Shown: positions 1 through 11,691 of the stretch, in pieces
Position numbering within the stretch: position 1 is the stretch's first letter
Layout: every line of letters begins with the position of its first letter
Assembly (NCBI GenBank): GCA_048013815.1
Contig: CM106586.1
Span: 7,936,001 to 8,000,000, forward strand
Direction: 5' to 3'
Origin: Setoptus koraiensis
Lineage: Eukaryota; Animalia; Arthropoda
Length of the DNA: 64,000 nt
Notes under the pieces: model-generated
The model's input: only the letters and a program-made list of their open reading frames with translations
Database searches by the model: none
What the model was told of the DNA's origin: nothing
Program-made: the position numbers and the translations under genes

Positions 1-361
1 GTAGACAGAAGTCGACAATAAACGACAATAGAGTGAACATTAACCTTGGCAATATCAGGAGAAGATACGCCGAGGGTTCTTTGGATATCAGTTGTGCCAA
101 TTTGAATGCTATAGTATTAATTACATACGGAAATAGCATGCATCTTATCGGGTGCTTAGTTGTGAACTCCCAGGCTGGTTCTATTTTAGAATAGAAATGA
201 TGACCACCGATAATATCAGTCGATTGTAAGAATTCATCTGGATGTACATAACCGGTTTGTGGTAATAAACATGTCGCAATTCTTAATAGTCCTAGTAGGA
301 AGGGTATGAAAATTGGATTATGGCGACACCTCACCAGAGTAACCCGCCAACTTCTATCCAT
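1..361 (-). CDS. PIGZ: GPI mannosyltransferase 4 (PIG-Z/Smp3), 5' part; runs off the window start
   Basis: Not in the ORF track. Manual minus-strand translation from ATG at 361: MDRSWRVTLVRCRHNPIFIPFLLGLLRIATCLLPQTGYVHPDEFLQSTDIIGGHHFYSKIEPAWEFTTKHPIRCMLFP..., open to position 2. The GYxHPDEF and PxWEF...PIR motifs are typical of the PIG-Z N-terminus. Confidence 0.88.
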   Translation of the reverse strand, partial: MDRSWRVTLVRCRHNPIFIPFLLGLLRIATCLLPQTGYVHPDEFLQSTDIIGGHHFYSKIEPAWEFTTKHPIRCMLFPYVINTIAFKLAQLISKEPSAYLLLILPRLMFTLLSFIVDFCL

Positions 362-811
362 ATTAGATTATGTCGTTGAATGGTGAAGGCTGGCCACCAT
401 TTAGCCTACAAAATAATTCGCTATCTGTAAGTTTGAAAGATAGGTGCGAATATTCATCCAGAACAAGATAAAATTTTCATGGAAATGCAGATGACAGATC
501 TATAGTGGGGTGTTGATTGATTTAGATATTTACAATTTTGCCGGACTGCACGAGATCTGTAAGCTATAGCGAAATAATGAACAGTCCGAGAGAAAAGCAT
601 GGCTTTCTTGCAACAATCTGATTGTTTACTTATTCAAACTTCGCGCGAAAGCACATCAAATCTTTGACACAACAGGAATGATGAGTTTAATTTTATGTAT
701 ATTAATCGATTGGTCAGGCTTCAAACTCAACAGCGAATTTACAGCCTATTTTATGATCAAACTTTGATCAAAGTAATACTCAAAGAAACAAATCAAAAGG
801 ATCAGCTCAAG

Positions 812-1807
812 ATGTCATCACTCAAGTCATCGCCTCACATACTACCAGGAATATTGGCGACTATACTACCACTCTCTTTGGTCGTGTGGGCCATTCAATA
901 TATTTTGCCATTCAGAAACTCAGACTCTACATTATCACCAATCAGGTGCCTTATGTCTGTTATTGTACCCTTACTGATGCTTATAAATGCGGCCAAGAGT
1001 AAAAAGTTAGATAGGATGGGGATGGTGGTGGCATTTATTCTTGGATTTGTGGAGACTTTGAGCAATATCTCCATGATGGCCACAACAATAGCCTTTTTTA
1101 TGGCTGGTACTCGTGCCACTAAGTTTAAGAGATCAGCAAAGACATTCGAAGAAGATTCGTCTACTCATAGCAGAAGAAATTGGATTCAAGTCATAAGTAA
1201 CGGAGGGGTCGGCATGGAAATATCCATCCTTTTACTCATTGAGAAAGGTCCGGCGAGTGAGTTTCCCATCAATTTTGCTTACGACTATTTTCCAAGTTGG
1301 TTGGCAATGGCATTTCTTGGATCTATGTCATGTGCCTGTGGTGATACTTTGGCCTCCGAGCTGGCTCCAGCAATTACATCCGCACAACCGCGGCTTATCA
1401 CTAATCCGTTTAGAGTGGTTCCCCGAGGAACAAATGGAGGTATAACCTTCATCGGTATATTATGCAGTATTTTAGGTGGACTTATTTGTGGTTTCGCCTT
1501 TTTCATAGCAATTTTCGTCTGTGTTAGTAGAGATGTGCTGCTGACTAGCCCCCCTCAATGGCCATTAATGCTCGTTGGTGCATTCTCGGGGTTTTTCGGA
1601 TCTTTTGTTGATTCGCTACTAGGAGCCACTGTGCAGTTGTCCGGCCTCGATAAAAGGACAGGAAAAATTGTAGGGAAACTTAACGATGGAGTCGTTTGGA
1701 TTTCTGGATCGGATATACTTGACAATCATTCTGTGAATCTCATGTCGACATTAGTAACGGCAATGGTCAGTCCTTATGTTGCCAGAATAATGTGGGCAAG
1801 TGTCTAA
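812..1807 (+). CDS. TMEM19: Transmembrane protein 19 (DUF92 family)
   Basis: ORF 695..1807, likely start MSSLKSS at 812. Motifs RNWIQVISNGG, GDTLASEL, VPRGTNGGIT, DSLLGATVQ and LDNHSVN, with multiple TM segments. Intronless. Confidence 0.92.
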   Translation: MSSLKSSPHILPGILATILPLSLVVWAIQYILPFRNSDSTLSPIRCLMSVIVPLLMLINAAKSKKLDRMGMVVAFILGFVETLSNISMMATTIAFFMAGTRATKFKRSAKTFEEDSSTHSRRNWIQVISNGGVGMEISILLLIEKGPASEFPINFAYDYFPSWLAMAFLGSMSCACGDTLASELAPAITSAQPRLITNPFRVVPRGTNGGITFIGILCSILGGLICGFAFFIAIFVCVSRDVLLTSPPQWPLMLVGAFSGFFGSFVDSLLGATVQLSGLDKRTGKIVGKLNDGVVWISGSDILDNHSVNLMSTLVTAMVSPYVARIMWASV

Positions 1808-1926
1808 TAATAATGGATGATTTGGTGTCAGACATGCGCCTCGTCTCACTAGTTTGATAAGAGCGATATAAATGAGTTTATAATAAATTAAATGGAATAC
1901 GATTTTGTACTTCAACACTAGTTAGC

Positions 1927-2196
1927 CTACTTCAAAACATTACGTATCTTCTCTAGTAGTTCCTCCTTGACTACCGGCGGAACAGCTGATCTAGCTCGTG
2001 GTGTTATTTCGTCGATAATCTGCTCAAGTCTCACATTGTCAACACCGTGTTTTTGTATGATGCCTCTGCTGAGACGGGATATATGGTCACGCCAACCGCA
2101 TTCTATCAATCTGGTTCGCAGTAGCTCTTTTAATTCGTTGTTTTGCTCCAGGATCTTAGATTGTTTGGCCTCAATGGTATTATTTATTTGATCCAT
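1927..2196 (-). CDS. ENY2: Transcription and mRNA export factor ENY2/Sus1
   Basis: 89 aa; LKELLRTRLIECGWRD and EITPRARSAVPPVVKEELL match ENY2. Confidence 0.92.
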   Translation of the reverse strand: MDQINNTIEAKQSKILEQNNELKELLRTRLIECGWRDHISRLSRGIIQKHGVDNVRLEQIIDEITPRARSAVPPVVKEELLEKIRNVLK

Positions 2197-2426
2197 TTTG
2201 TTGTTCGAGTCAGGCGCAAGGCTTATTGGGCTCTCTTGTTAAAGCTTTTGTTGTTGAAGCGTTACGCGTCAGACTAGATAAACACGCAGCTGTCAGTTTG
2301 CTTCCGTAATGTGGCTGCTATTGTAACTTGGGCTGGTTGATCATGCAACATTGTTTAACCGTAGAATAAACTAACGTGAGCTAGCGTCAATAGATTAACG
2401 GACGGACGGTGGGCAAAAAATAGTGA

Positions 2427-2613
2427 CTACCCCTTTGCGCAGAACTGAGCGCCAAATTCAACTCACTCAAAGCTGTTTGATGGTTGTGGGGCGCATTGCG
2501 TGTGAAACAACGGGTAACGAAGAGTTGCACAACGTGTGCAACAATCGTCGCGCATGAAGCGAAAAAATTTTACATTTTCAAACCTGGCGCCCAGTTCTGC
2601 GCACGAGGGGTAG
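2427..2613. repeat. Inverted repeat (foldback) element 1
   Basis: 2427-2454 ctacccctttgcgcagaactgagcgcca pairs with 2585-2613 tggcgcccagttctgcgcacgaggggtag. Internal hairpin gttgcaca-acg-tgtgcaac. Confidence 0.7.
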
Positions 2614-2716
2614 GGAGTAGCGTTTCCCGATGCCCGAACATTTACAGACGCGATTGTGATATGCAGCATAATCGAGCAGCCTAACAAATCATCTAACAAT
2701 ACGTACACTCGCACTA

Positions 2717-3003
2717 CTAGTAGTGTTGTTGTGACCGCGCAAGGCGCACAAAAGCTTCAAACGAACAAACAGCCTCTTGTGCGGCTTAATCGGCTTGTGC
2801 AACTTTTTCGCCGCTAGAAGTCGCATATATGTGCTTGCGCATGCCTATACTCTGTAAAGAATCAAATCCGAGCGGTCTATGTGATGAGCGCGGTCAGTGC
2901 GCGTTGAAGTGACTCCTAGTGGCGAAAAAATCGCCCAAGAGTTTGTGCGGTGACTTGTGCGTTTGAAGCTTTTGTGCGCCTTGTGCGGTCACAGTAATAC
3001 TAG
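2717..3003. repeat. Nested inverted repeat (foldback/MITE-like) element 2
   Basis: 34-bp outer arms 2730-2763 and 2960-2993 (1 mismatch). 21-bp inner arms 2804-2824 and 2909-2929 (3 mismatches). Flanked by ctagta...tactag. Confidence 0.8.
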
Positions 3004-3347
3004 CGGTCACAGCCACACTAACTCGCACACACACACGCACGCACATGCATAAACATACACACAGTGAGACAGACACACAGACACACAGACACATACAGAT
3101 CCAGATTCACTTACATATATATTCTTATATAAAATATATAGTAATACAAAATATATATATAAAAAATTCATATAATTTAATATATTACCACATAATACAA
3201 TATACCACACGTATATACTATATAAATACTATAATAGTAATTACTATCACCATTGTTATTATTATCATAGCTATCATTAAAATATCATCAATACCCCATT
3301 ACCGTCGTCATCACATAATTACTTAGTTTATTGATCAACTAATAAAC

Positions 3348-5143
3348 ATGTCCTATAGCCTATATGTTGGAGACTTGCCATACGATTGTGGCGACGACAA
3401 ATTGTATCAGATATTTTCTGAAAAATTCAAGAGCGTTCAAATGGTTTCAAGTAAGTAGCTAACTCGCCTAGTAGTGTTTCTTGCCATACCTACTTATCTC
3501 ACTTAACATCTCTTATCTATCATCTTTAATCTCGGCATCGTCTATTATCACATCTTTCTAACATTGTCTCAACACCATTATCGCTCTCTATTTACACCCC
3601 TCTTTGAATAAAAATAACAATTTTTGTCACAATTTTAGTTATTCGCAATGAGGATAAATCTAGTCGGGGATTCGGTTTTGTTAGGTTTGAAAACGAGATG
3701 GAGATGAAGTTAGCACTAAATCAGGATATACGTATTGACAATATCTTGCTCAGGACAGATGTTGCGAAGGCTACCGAATATCGAGACCGAAGAGAGAATA
3801 GATTTAGAAATAAGCATATCTCCAACTATAGTCAGCATCCTCATAATAACAATCATCATAACCATCACAACCATCACTATCCTAATAGTCATAGAGGTAA
3901 TAGTTCCGCTCCAAATAATACTTATGTAAATTCTAAAGCTCACCTGCCTGGTCACTATCACCAAAAGACAAACAACAATTTGTCGCCATCGGGCTCGACA
4001 GTGCTATCTACAGCGTCAGCGGCTTCGGCACCGGCTTCAACATCTGCAACACCACCCGCGCCTCCAACTGCTACAACAACCACATCTACAGCCGGAACAT
4101 CTGTAGCAGATAGAGTAAATAATAATAACGGTAATAATAATAATAATAATAGCAACACTAATAGTAACACCAATAGTGGCATCAATCAATCGCAACAGCG
4201 CCTGCACCAGAGGCAACAATTAACATCAACAGAAAATGCCCAAATTCTTTCAGAGGGTCACGCGATTCATCTAGCCGTTCCTAATCATCCTTCAAGTTCG
4301 ATGCAATTTGTTCCTGGTGATCCTTACTCTATGTCTAGCGCCCAGCATAACAATAATCATGCCAATCACACCACTGGAATAAACAAGCTATCTCGACCTC
4401 CAAGCCATATGAACCAACCTATGGCCTTTGTAGATTCTTATGGCATGTTTTATGATGCCTCTGGCATGCCTCTCAATATGGCGCCACCATTCAACCCGGC
4501 AGTCTCAATGCCTAGCGGCCCTATGCCGAATCACGGCGAAGGACAAATAGAGCAACCTACAGCTATGTTACCCACACCAAATGTATACTACCCTTACGGA
4601 CCTCCACCATCAGCTTTTGGCTATCCTCCTAATTCAATGTTGCCGCATTCCGTACCACAAGCGGTTCAACAGCAACATGGCCCATCAAATCCGTCCAGGT
4701 ACAATCACAATCAACAGGCAGGGAACGATGTCAATGGGGCCAATGGAGCTCAACAACCCCAACCACAGCAGCCTCTCTACTACATGAACTACTGGAATGG
4801 ACAGCCCTTCTATTATGATCAAGCAAATACTCCTGGTGGTCCACCGAGTATCTATCATCCTACCATCCATCCATTTTTTATGTCGAGTGCCGCCTTCTTA
4901 CCAAATGCTCAGACACCTCAGACTTTCAACACACAGCAACAACAGCAGCTACATCAAAATAGTGAAGTCACACCTAACCATCCACTAACCCGACGACAAC
5001 CATCTGCACCTCACCAGATGCCCTATGGTCATGGCGGTGAATTATCCAGTACGATCGTTAAGAATACAACAGCACCCTCTGTCGATATTCCTTCAGCAAC
5101 CTCATACAATATTGAATCTAGTAATACTAACAGTACAAATTAG
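3348..5143 (+). CDS. Single-RRM RNA-binding protein with long N/Q/P/Y-rich low-complexity tail (535 aa)
   Basis: join(3348..3450,3639..5143), gtaagt donor 3451, ttttag acceptor 3638, frame preserved. Spliced product MSYSLYVGDLPYDCGDDKLYQIFSEKFKSVQMVSIIRNEDKSSRGFGFVRFENE has RNP2 (LYVGDL) and RNP1 (RGFGFVRF). Confidence 0.85.
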
Positions 5144-5194
5144 TATAATACATTAAAATGTAAAACATTCTTTACTATTACGATATCAATAGTA

Positions 5195-5272
5195 GACTAT
5201 TATTATTATTATTATTGTCATTATTATTATTGCTATTATTATTATTATTACTGCTATTATTATTATTATTAT
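5195..5272. repeat. (TAT)n-type microsatellite
   Basis: Imperfect tattattat array in the presumed 3' UTR. Confidence 0.8.
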
Positions 5273-6177
5273 TTGAGATCATTTAATAAAAAAAAAGTTG
5301 GATTTCACCTTCCACACATCATCTATATATTTTAAGACTCTAACTGATTGGCGGATGTTTCATTTTTGAGCGCCATACCTCCGATTGAGAGTTAGGGAGA
5401 TGTCGAGTGTCTATTGTTTGGTGGTCTGAGTATTATGAAAATCTCATCTAGTTCTAATAACTCCCTTGATAGAATGAAATATGTCTCGGCCAGACAAAAA
5501 TGAATCCTAGGTATAAGATTTTTACTTTCCTGTTTTCTTTCCTATAATGGGAACATCATCTCATGACTACTATATGCGACCCTACTCAAACAATAGCTAT
5601 CAATGCGGCTGACTTACTGAATGATACGAGCTAGGAAATGATCCGCTTACTGATTAAATTCATCGCTCAAAATCGAGCAATAGACAATATCGCGGTTTTG
5701 CTATTGTTGGTAGAAAGAATGCTTTTGTAGAAAACAATTTCTTCTGTAAGTCTACGATCTTAGAGGTGGTCTCTATAAATGGCTCTTGCTGAACTAGTCA
5801 TGGGAAGTAGAGGTCTTGAGGTTTATGGAAAAATAGAATGATTGAAAGTAGAATCAATTCAGACTGTCAAACATTTGATGGATGTAAAAAGATATAAAAG
5901 GTAGTTAGCTTGAAGAAATTCGCTTTAGTTGCAGTTGAGAATCCACTAGTGTTGTAGTCCAAAAGTAATCTAGTTCAACAGTTTGACTGTCTCTTCAAGT
6001 TTCTCATTAGAGTTAAGTATGAGTATCATCTGTGTTTATAGTACTTTAGCATGCGAACAATTGTGGAATTGATTACAGTGGAACGACTCATAAGGTAAAA
6101 TAAGAAAAAAGTTAACGAAGAGCCAAACGGTCAGCTCAAATTTTAGAAAACTATTGTCATCTTAATCACGAATCGTC

Positions 6178-7695
6178 ATGAACGCTGACCAACTGAATAG
6201 ATTTGCTGAATTGTTCTGTCATTTTAGTAGCTTAAATAAGGGCAATCTGAGAAGACAGTTCTATATAATATTCATATCGCTGATCACAATATTGATCAAT
6301 TTAGACTATAATCAATCATCTATCATATTTGACGATTCAGTAGATAGCCATACGCAGCAAGCAGAACAAGAGTACCAGAAACGACCAATTGTTAATAGTA
6401 GAGAACAATTGTATGTCACTTATGATATGGATCCACTACCAAACTATTCTGATCTCATGGATGCATCTTCATCATCACAAAGTAGTTCCCAACCAATATC
6501 TTCAGCTCCGGCGCCAACAACAACAGCCTCATCATCTAATACCGACACTCTTACACAAACAAGTCCAGTTTCGTCAGACAATTCAAATGTGTCTGGCATC
6601 AAGCCATCAGCAACAGCAATGAGTTTAATCAAGAATAGCATCCAAAACGTGGTCGGCCAAAGACAACAAAATCCTAATGGGATACAAATTGATGGAAACA
6701 TCAACATTGACGGGAGTACTAATAATCGGCCAAGCAATACCAACCAACCAGGTCTTTCGGGTTTCATCACGATAGACCCCGGGAACGCAACAACGTCCAA
6801 TGCATTTGCCTATTGGCCTGTAATATTTGCCGCACTTAAGACTGGTTCAGTCAAATTTGGTGCTGCTGGATTGAAAATTTTGAAATTGATCGCTTGGAAA
6901 AAAATCTACAAGATGCACCATCCTAGTTCAGCCGAGATAGTGGTGGAACAAGAGCCATCGAGAAAGAAGAGCAGAAGGCACGCAGATATGTCGCTATCTG
7001 GTGACAGGAAGAAATTGTCCAAACTATCAAATGGTTTTGGACCCTATAACAACTACGGCTTCCATGGCGGAACTGGTTTCATGAGCACTTCTGGCTCGTC
7101 AAACTATCCGAAGACAACTAAATACTATTCAACAGGTGAAGATTCGTCTGAAATATCTAACTATGGCGATTATTTGCAAGGGCGTCATTACACAACTTCC
7201 GGTGCAACACGACCCACGAATCGATATGTTCGCGGAGCCAAGTCTCTTGGTGGACATATTGGCAGTGGTAATTGGTATGCGGCTGAAGCCTCTAGTGCTA
7301 ACGCCATGACAATGCAACCATCATCAAACAGTGCACATGGCTTCGTGGGACCGAATGGCTGGCCATTGCCTAGTGAGTATATGAACATGATGTATCACAA
7401 TAACATTTTCGACAACTCGGCCGCTATGGCAGTTCAGAATGCTGTGAAGCTACCATCAACAGACCTCATGAGTACCTATGGCGATAATCCAGCCTATGGA
7501 ACTGATTGGATGATGTCATCAGAAGCCGAACCAATCGACGACTCGTATGGTGCCGGAACCAATTGGGATGGGGGTTCTCAGCAAGCAGATTCCGGATCGT
7601 CTTCATCTTCTTCGTCAACGGAAGAAAGCAATTCAGACAAGGAAGGCAAAAGCAAGACTATATCGGGTTCAAATTCCAACCAAGACGGAGATTGA
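6178..7695 (+). CDS. Uncharacterised Ser/Gly/Asn-rich secreted or signal-anchored protein (505 aa)
   Basis: Long intronless ORF, hydrophobic segment FYIIFISLITILINL near the N-terminus, internal Lys/hydrophobic motif KFGAAGLKILKLIAWKKIYKMHHP. No family recognised. Confidence 0.75.
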   Translation: MNADQLNRFAELFCHFSSLNKGNLRRQFYIIFISLITILINLDYNQSSIIFDDSVDSHTQQAEQEYQKRPIVNSREQLYVTYDMDPLPNYSDLMDASSSSQSSSQPISSAPAPTTTASSSNTDTLTQTSPVSSDNSNVSGIKPSATAMSLIKNSIQNVVGQRQQNPNGIQIDGNINIDGSTNNRPSNTNQPGLSGFITIDPGNATTSNAFAYWPVIFAALKTGSVKFGAAGLKILKLIAWKKIYKMHHPSSAEIVVEQEPSRKKSRRHADMSLSGDRKKLSKLSNGFGPYNNYGFHGGTGFMSTSGSSNYPKTTKYYSTGEDSSEISNYGDYLQGRHYTTSGATRPTNRYVRGAKSLGGHIGSGNWYAAEASSANAMTMQPSSNSAHGFVGPNGWPLPSEYMNMMYHNNIFDNSAAMAVQNAVKLPSTDLMSTYGDNPAYGTDWMMSSEAEPIDDSYGAGTNWDGGSQQADSGSSSSSSSTEESNSDKEGKSKTISGSNSNQDGD

Positions 7696-7841
7696 TTATG
7701 GAGAGATACACAGTGTTGCGAAGAAATGTGAGTTTGAATCAAATAAAAAGAACTATGATTTACATAGACGTGTGAGATCTCTTTTGAAGTATTACACTTA
7801 ACAATTATCAAAAAGTTTAATTTTTTAATGTGGGTCGATTC

Positions 7842-10277
7842 TCATTCTTTTAGTGTTGCAGAGTGTAACTCCTGGATCATTCTGAAATGTTTGGTCAGGG
7901 ACTCAGAGTCGGTTGGTGAATTGGCCACTTTGTCGCCTTTCTTTGAGTCACCCGACTGAGATATTTTTGCCGATGATGCTCGACCTAGGATAGATTGAGC
8001 AGGATATGATGACTCAGTAAAATAGTGAACACATTTGAGACGTTCGAGTAACTTTCTGAAGGCCTCTGATTGTGGCAACATCATAAGCAAGCTATACAAG
8101 CTTTTCAATAAGTAGTAATTATTGTCACTATCTAAAAGTTGAACTCGTATGAATGCAAATATAGGCGATTCAATCAGTTGGATTAATTTATCGATCTCAA
8201 TCAGAACCTCCAATGTAATGTCCATGTTAGAGATGACCATTACAAGATCATTTGCATGTCGATAGTGACCCGTCAGCAGACACAGAGATAGGGCGGCGAT
8301 AGGCGAATGACACCAAGCTTGATATAGGCTGAAAAATAATGACGCCAATCCAGACTCTTGATCCGTCCTCGAAGCGGATCGTAATCGTTGTCTCAATTTG
8401 AACAATTCTTGAGTTGTCAACAATATCTCGTTTAGTTTCTGAACCATGGTATATGCGAATTTGAGATCTTTTCTCTCGTCCTTCAATATAGTGGCGAACG
8501 ATCTATATATGCACTCGGGATCCAATATGCAGCAAAGATGAACTATGATAAAAGACCCTCTCTCGTTAAAAACAGTTTCCTCTTCCTTGAACCTGTCTAC
8601 GAGGGCCAGCACGAATCTATTGAAATTGATTGCGTCGAAACGGTTACTGTTAGAAACATTGATATCACTAGGTAAAGGACTGGTCGAGGAGGTCGGAGGT
8701 TGCATAGTTTTGTCTGCACTTCTTTGCTGTATTCTGGAAAAAGTGGTTCTCTTCTTTTCAGCCTCTTCTTTCACTGGTTTCAGTTTGGCAGTTTCTGCTC
8801 CATCCTTCGATGCATCACTACCCTCTATTCTGCAACTCAAACAGAAAATATCTATAATCACATTCAGAGTCGATTCGGCAACTTCGTCGCATTTATCTGA
8901 AAGAGTATCCAACAATACTTTGAATAACTTTGAGTCCAAATCTATACAGATCGTTTCCGGTCCGTTCGATTGTCTCAGTTGTCTAAACCATTCGAGTATA
9001 GCTAACTTGATGGTTGGGTGTTCATTCTGGTGTAATTCTTTCGAAAGAACTTCGATCAATGACTCCAATTCTATTTTCCATGGAAAAGACTCCGAACAAG
9101 AAGTTTTCCTTCTCAAGTTAATGATGTTGGTTACTTTCCCTTGCAGCTGGATGTTCACTACGGTTGCAGTTTCGCAGATATTCGCAATCATTGTGTTACT
9201 TGGCTGATAATGAAATGATTGATCTCGCGCCCGGCAGAGGATGCTATCTACCGGTAAATTAGTGTGGAAAGCTAAACACGGCAATATAGCTGTCAGAATG
9301 CCAGGTGCAAAATTGATGAGGTTTGCATCGCTTTCATCCATCAAACCAATAAATTCACGAAGCCACACTATAGCTGTATACCGAACAAGTTCCTCCTTGT
9401 CACTCTGCGAGTGAATGATCAAGATGTTTATCATGGAAGGCAATTCAAGTTTACTATTTGGTCTTGTTACAATTTCGTTGAGAAACTCTGACAAAACTGA
9501 CAGTGTTGAGGCCTTTATTTCTTCTGTGGCATCATGCAAGCAGGTGAACAGTCCATCTAAAAGTTGTGGCAAATGTATTATCAACTCGAAGTCTGGCACA
9601 GAATCTAGAAGTTTTATCCATGATATGATGAACATCTTTGCGAAAGGATTCTTAGTGTAGATGCATTCCCTCAGTCTTGGTACGAATGAACTCAAATCAA
9701 AGCCCTGATCTTCCGAGACTATGTCTCTGAGAAGTCTATCTAATAATATGGCGCCACTTCTCACGCTACTATCGGGATCAGCAATTATCTTGGCTAAGCA
9801 GTCGAATATTTCATTGAATATTGGCCTGATACTGGATCGTGCAACTTTTATGACATTATACAACGATTCACAAGCAAAGTAGCGCACCTTAATATCGGGA
9901 TCTATAACGCAGGTTAGTATGGCTTTTATGACACTAGTTAAAATATTAGATTGGTTAATTTGGTTATTAGATGTGGAATGGGTTGCTTGATATTGTCCAT
10001 TGGTGCTAACGGGCGGCGACTTGAGTGCTATCATAAGAGCAGCCAGCCCAATAAGTCCTCCTTTTCGAGCATTCGAATTTGTCGAGAAACAGAATTCCTG
10101 GCTCAAAACATTCACGAGCCTGTTTATCTGAGTGTAATTGTCATTTTGGCTGAAGTCCTTCACCATTTTTTCAATTTCAAAGGCCGCAACTTTTCTCTTG
10201 TCATATGATTTATCAGCCAGGGCTTTAACACAAGCTGCGCTCAATGGAGAGAATGTGGATGAAGTTTCCTCACTCAT
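7842..10277 (-). CDS. VAC14: VAC14 homologue, copy A
   Basis: ATG at 10277 (the track start is TTG). Motifs KALADKSYDKRKVAAFEIEKMV, RKGGLIGLAA, VRYFACESLYN, WCHSPIAALSLCLL, IDKLIQLIESPIF. Intronless. Confidence 0.95.
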   Translation of the reverse strand: MSEETSSTFSPLSAACVKALADKSYDKRKVAAFEIEKMVKDFSQNDNYTQINRLVNVLSQEFCFSTNSNARKGGLIGLAALMIALKSPPVSTNGQYQATHSTSNNQINQSNILTSVIKAILTCVIDPDIKVRYFACESLYNVIKVARSSIRPIFNEIFDCLAKIIADPDSSVRSGAILLDRLLRDIVSEDQGFDLSSFVPRLRECIYTKNPFAKMFIISWIKLLDSVPDFELIIHLPQLLDGLFTCLHDATEEIKASTLSVLSEFLNEIVTRPNSKLELPSMINILIIHSQSDKEELVRYTAIVWLREFIGLMDESDANLINFAPGILTAILPCLAFHTNLPVDSILCRARDQSFHYQPSNTMIANICETATVVNIQLQGKVTNIINLRRKTSCSESFPWKIELESLIEVLSKELHQNEHPTIKLAILEWFRQLRQSNGPETICIDLDSKLFKVLLDTLSDKCDEVAESTLNVIIDIFCLSCRIEGSDASKDGAETAKLKPVKEEAEKKRTTFSRIQQRSADKTMQPPTSSTSPLPSDINVSNSNRFDAINFNRFVLALVDRFKEEETVFNERGSFIIVHLCCILDPECIYRSFATILKDERKDLKFAYTMVQKLNEILLTTQELFKLRQRLRSASRTDQESGLASLFFSLYQAWCHSPIAALSLCLLTGHYRHANDLVMVISNMDITLEVLIEIDKLIQLIESPIFAFIRVQLLDSDNNYYLLKSLYSLLMMLPQSEAFRKLLERLKCVHYFTESSYPAQSILGRASSAKISQSGDSKKGDKVANSPTDSESLTKHFRMIQELHSATLKE

Positions 10278-10856
10278 CACTGCCCCGGATCTTGAAGACA
10301 ATCTTCTAAAGTCCAATAAAATAATAGTTTCTCGAACTGATGCCAACAAACAATCTCATGCAGCCGGTATGTTTAAGAAACGATCTTGATAGTTTGATGA
10401 AGATCCATAAAATCCATTATTTTCCCAATGAACACTATTGTTTTGAACACGTTGATTAGCCTATTTTTTTCAAAGTTCAGATTTTGCTAGCAAAAAATAA
10501 AATAAATATCACTTGTGCATGTTTGTTTACGTTCTGATGCAACAATGGGGTGTAACTGACAGGTTTTTATGTGATCAACTTGTCAATCGTAAGCAAATCA
10601 GAGCCACACTTTGCCATGTCGTGAAATAAACACACAGACACATGTTTGTTTTTCCCCTCATGCGATGCAAACTTTCTACTGCCTTGGATGGGGCAATCAA
10701 ACTCCAATCCGGGTCAGAGAGACGTTCAAATGAAAAAATAATAGAAACAATAATATTGAAAAATCCATACTCATTTTCTCCTTCATTCTATTCGATACAA
10801 TGATAGAAAATTTTAATTCTCCGCCACGAATGTAGATAAAAGAAATATTCAATAAT

Positions 10857-11629
10857 ATGTTTCTAATTTTCGGCCAATGTGCCGGCTACGCAGTGTGCAT
10901 AGTGATGGGCTTCAGTTTTCTCATACCATTCGGACAAAATTTAAATTCATTTAATGGCCACTGTCTATTATTCTCAGGAGGAAACTATTCCGAAAATGGA
11001 GGAAATTTCTACCCAGATTGGGCCAATCCAGCCTATTGTATATCAACGATGGTAACAGGGGTGATATCTGTCGCCGTTGCTATTGTGCAACTGATACGAT
11101 CACTGATGATGTTGGTTGCCAGGACAGAAAGGTAGGTCAAGCAAATTGTATATAGTGATGACGCTCATGTCGATCTAACCAGCTCTGATAAAAAAAAAAT
11201 CTGACATGTATATGTTTCAACATGTACAAAAATCTCTATCTTTTCTTATCTGTCGAAATTTAATGTCATCCCAGTTCATCGAAATCGGCGCTTGTAGAAG
11301 CAATTATGTCTGTCGTTATAACTTTGGCCATATTAACAAATGCCATTCTAGTCTCATATGGTTTCGCTTATTGGTGTGACAGAGTGGAACATCCATTCTC
11401 TAAAGGTTGTGAAGCCGCAGCTGTAAGCATGAAAGTGAGCGATAAGTCAATAAACCCCTCAGGTTTCTTTTATCAATTGGAAACAGTGCAATTTAGTATA
11501 TGGTCAGCCCTTGTCAGTTGGATCTTCATTCTGGCCTTTTGCGGAAGAAAGTTGTTCATACATCATGAGAGTGCTAACTTGATGGTTAGTATGGCAAGAG
11601 AAAGAAGAAGGTACAATACAATCATTTGA
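10857..11629 (+). CDS. TMEM179: TMEM179-family four-TM protein, copy A (209 aa)
   Basis: join(10857..11131,11275..11629), phase-2 GT-AG intron. Motifs GQCAGY, FNGHCLLFSGG, GFAYWCD, QFSIWSALVSW match the TMEM179 pattern. Confidence 0.85.
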
Positions 11630-11691
11630 AACACACATGACTCAATAATCAACAAATATAAATAATGGATTTATTATTAACAGTGTGACAT

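Noticed and set aside
5400-6100. Possible decayed retroelement or mitochondrial insertion (NUMT)
   Set aside because: Manual translation shows stops in the frames examined, even under the mitochondrial code, and no convincing RT or mitochondrial protein motif.
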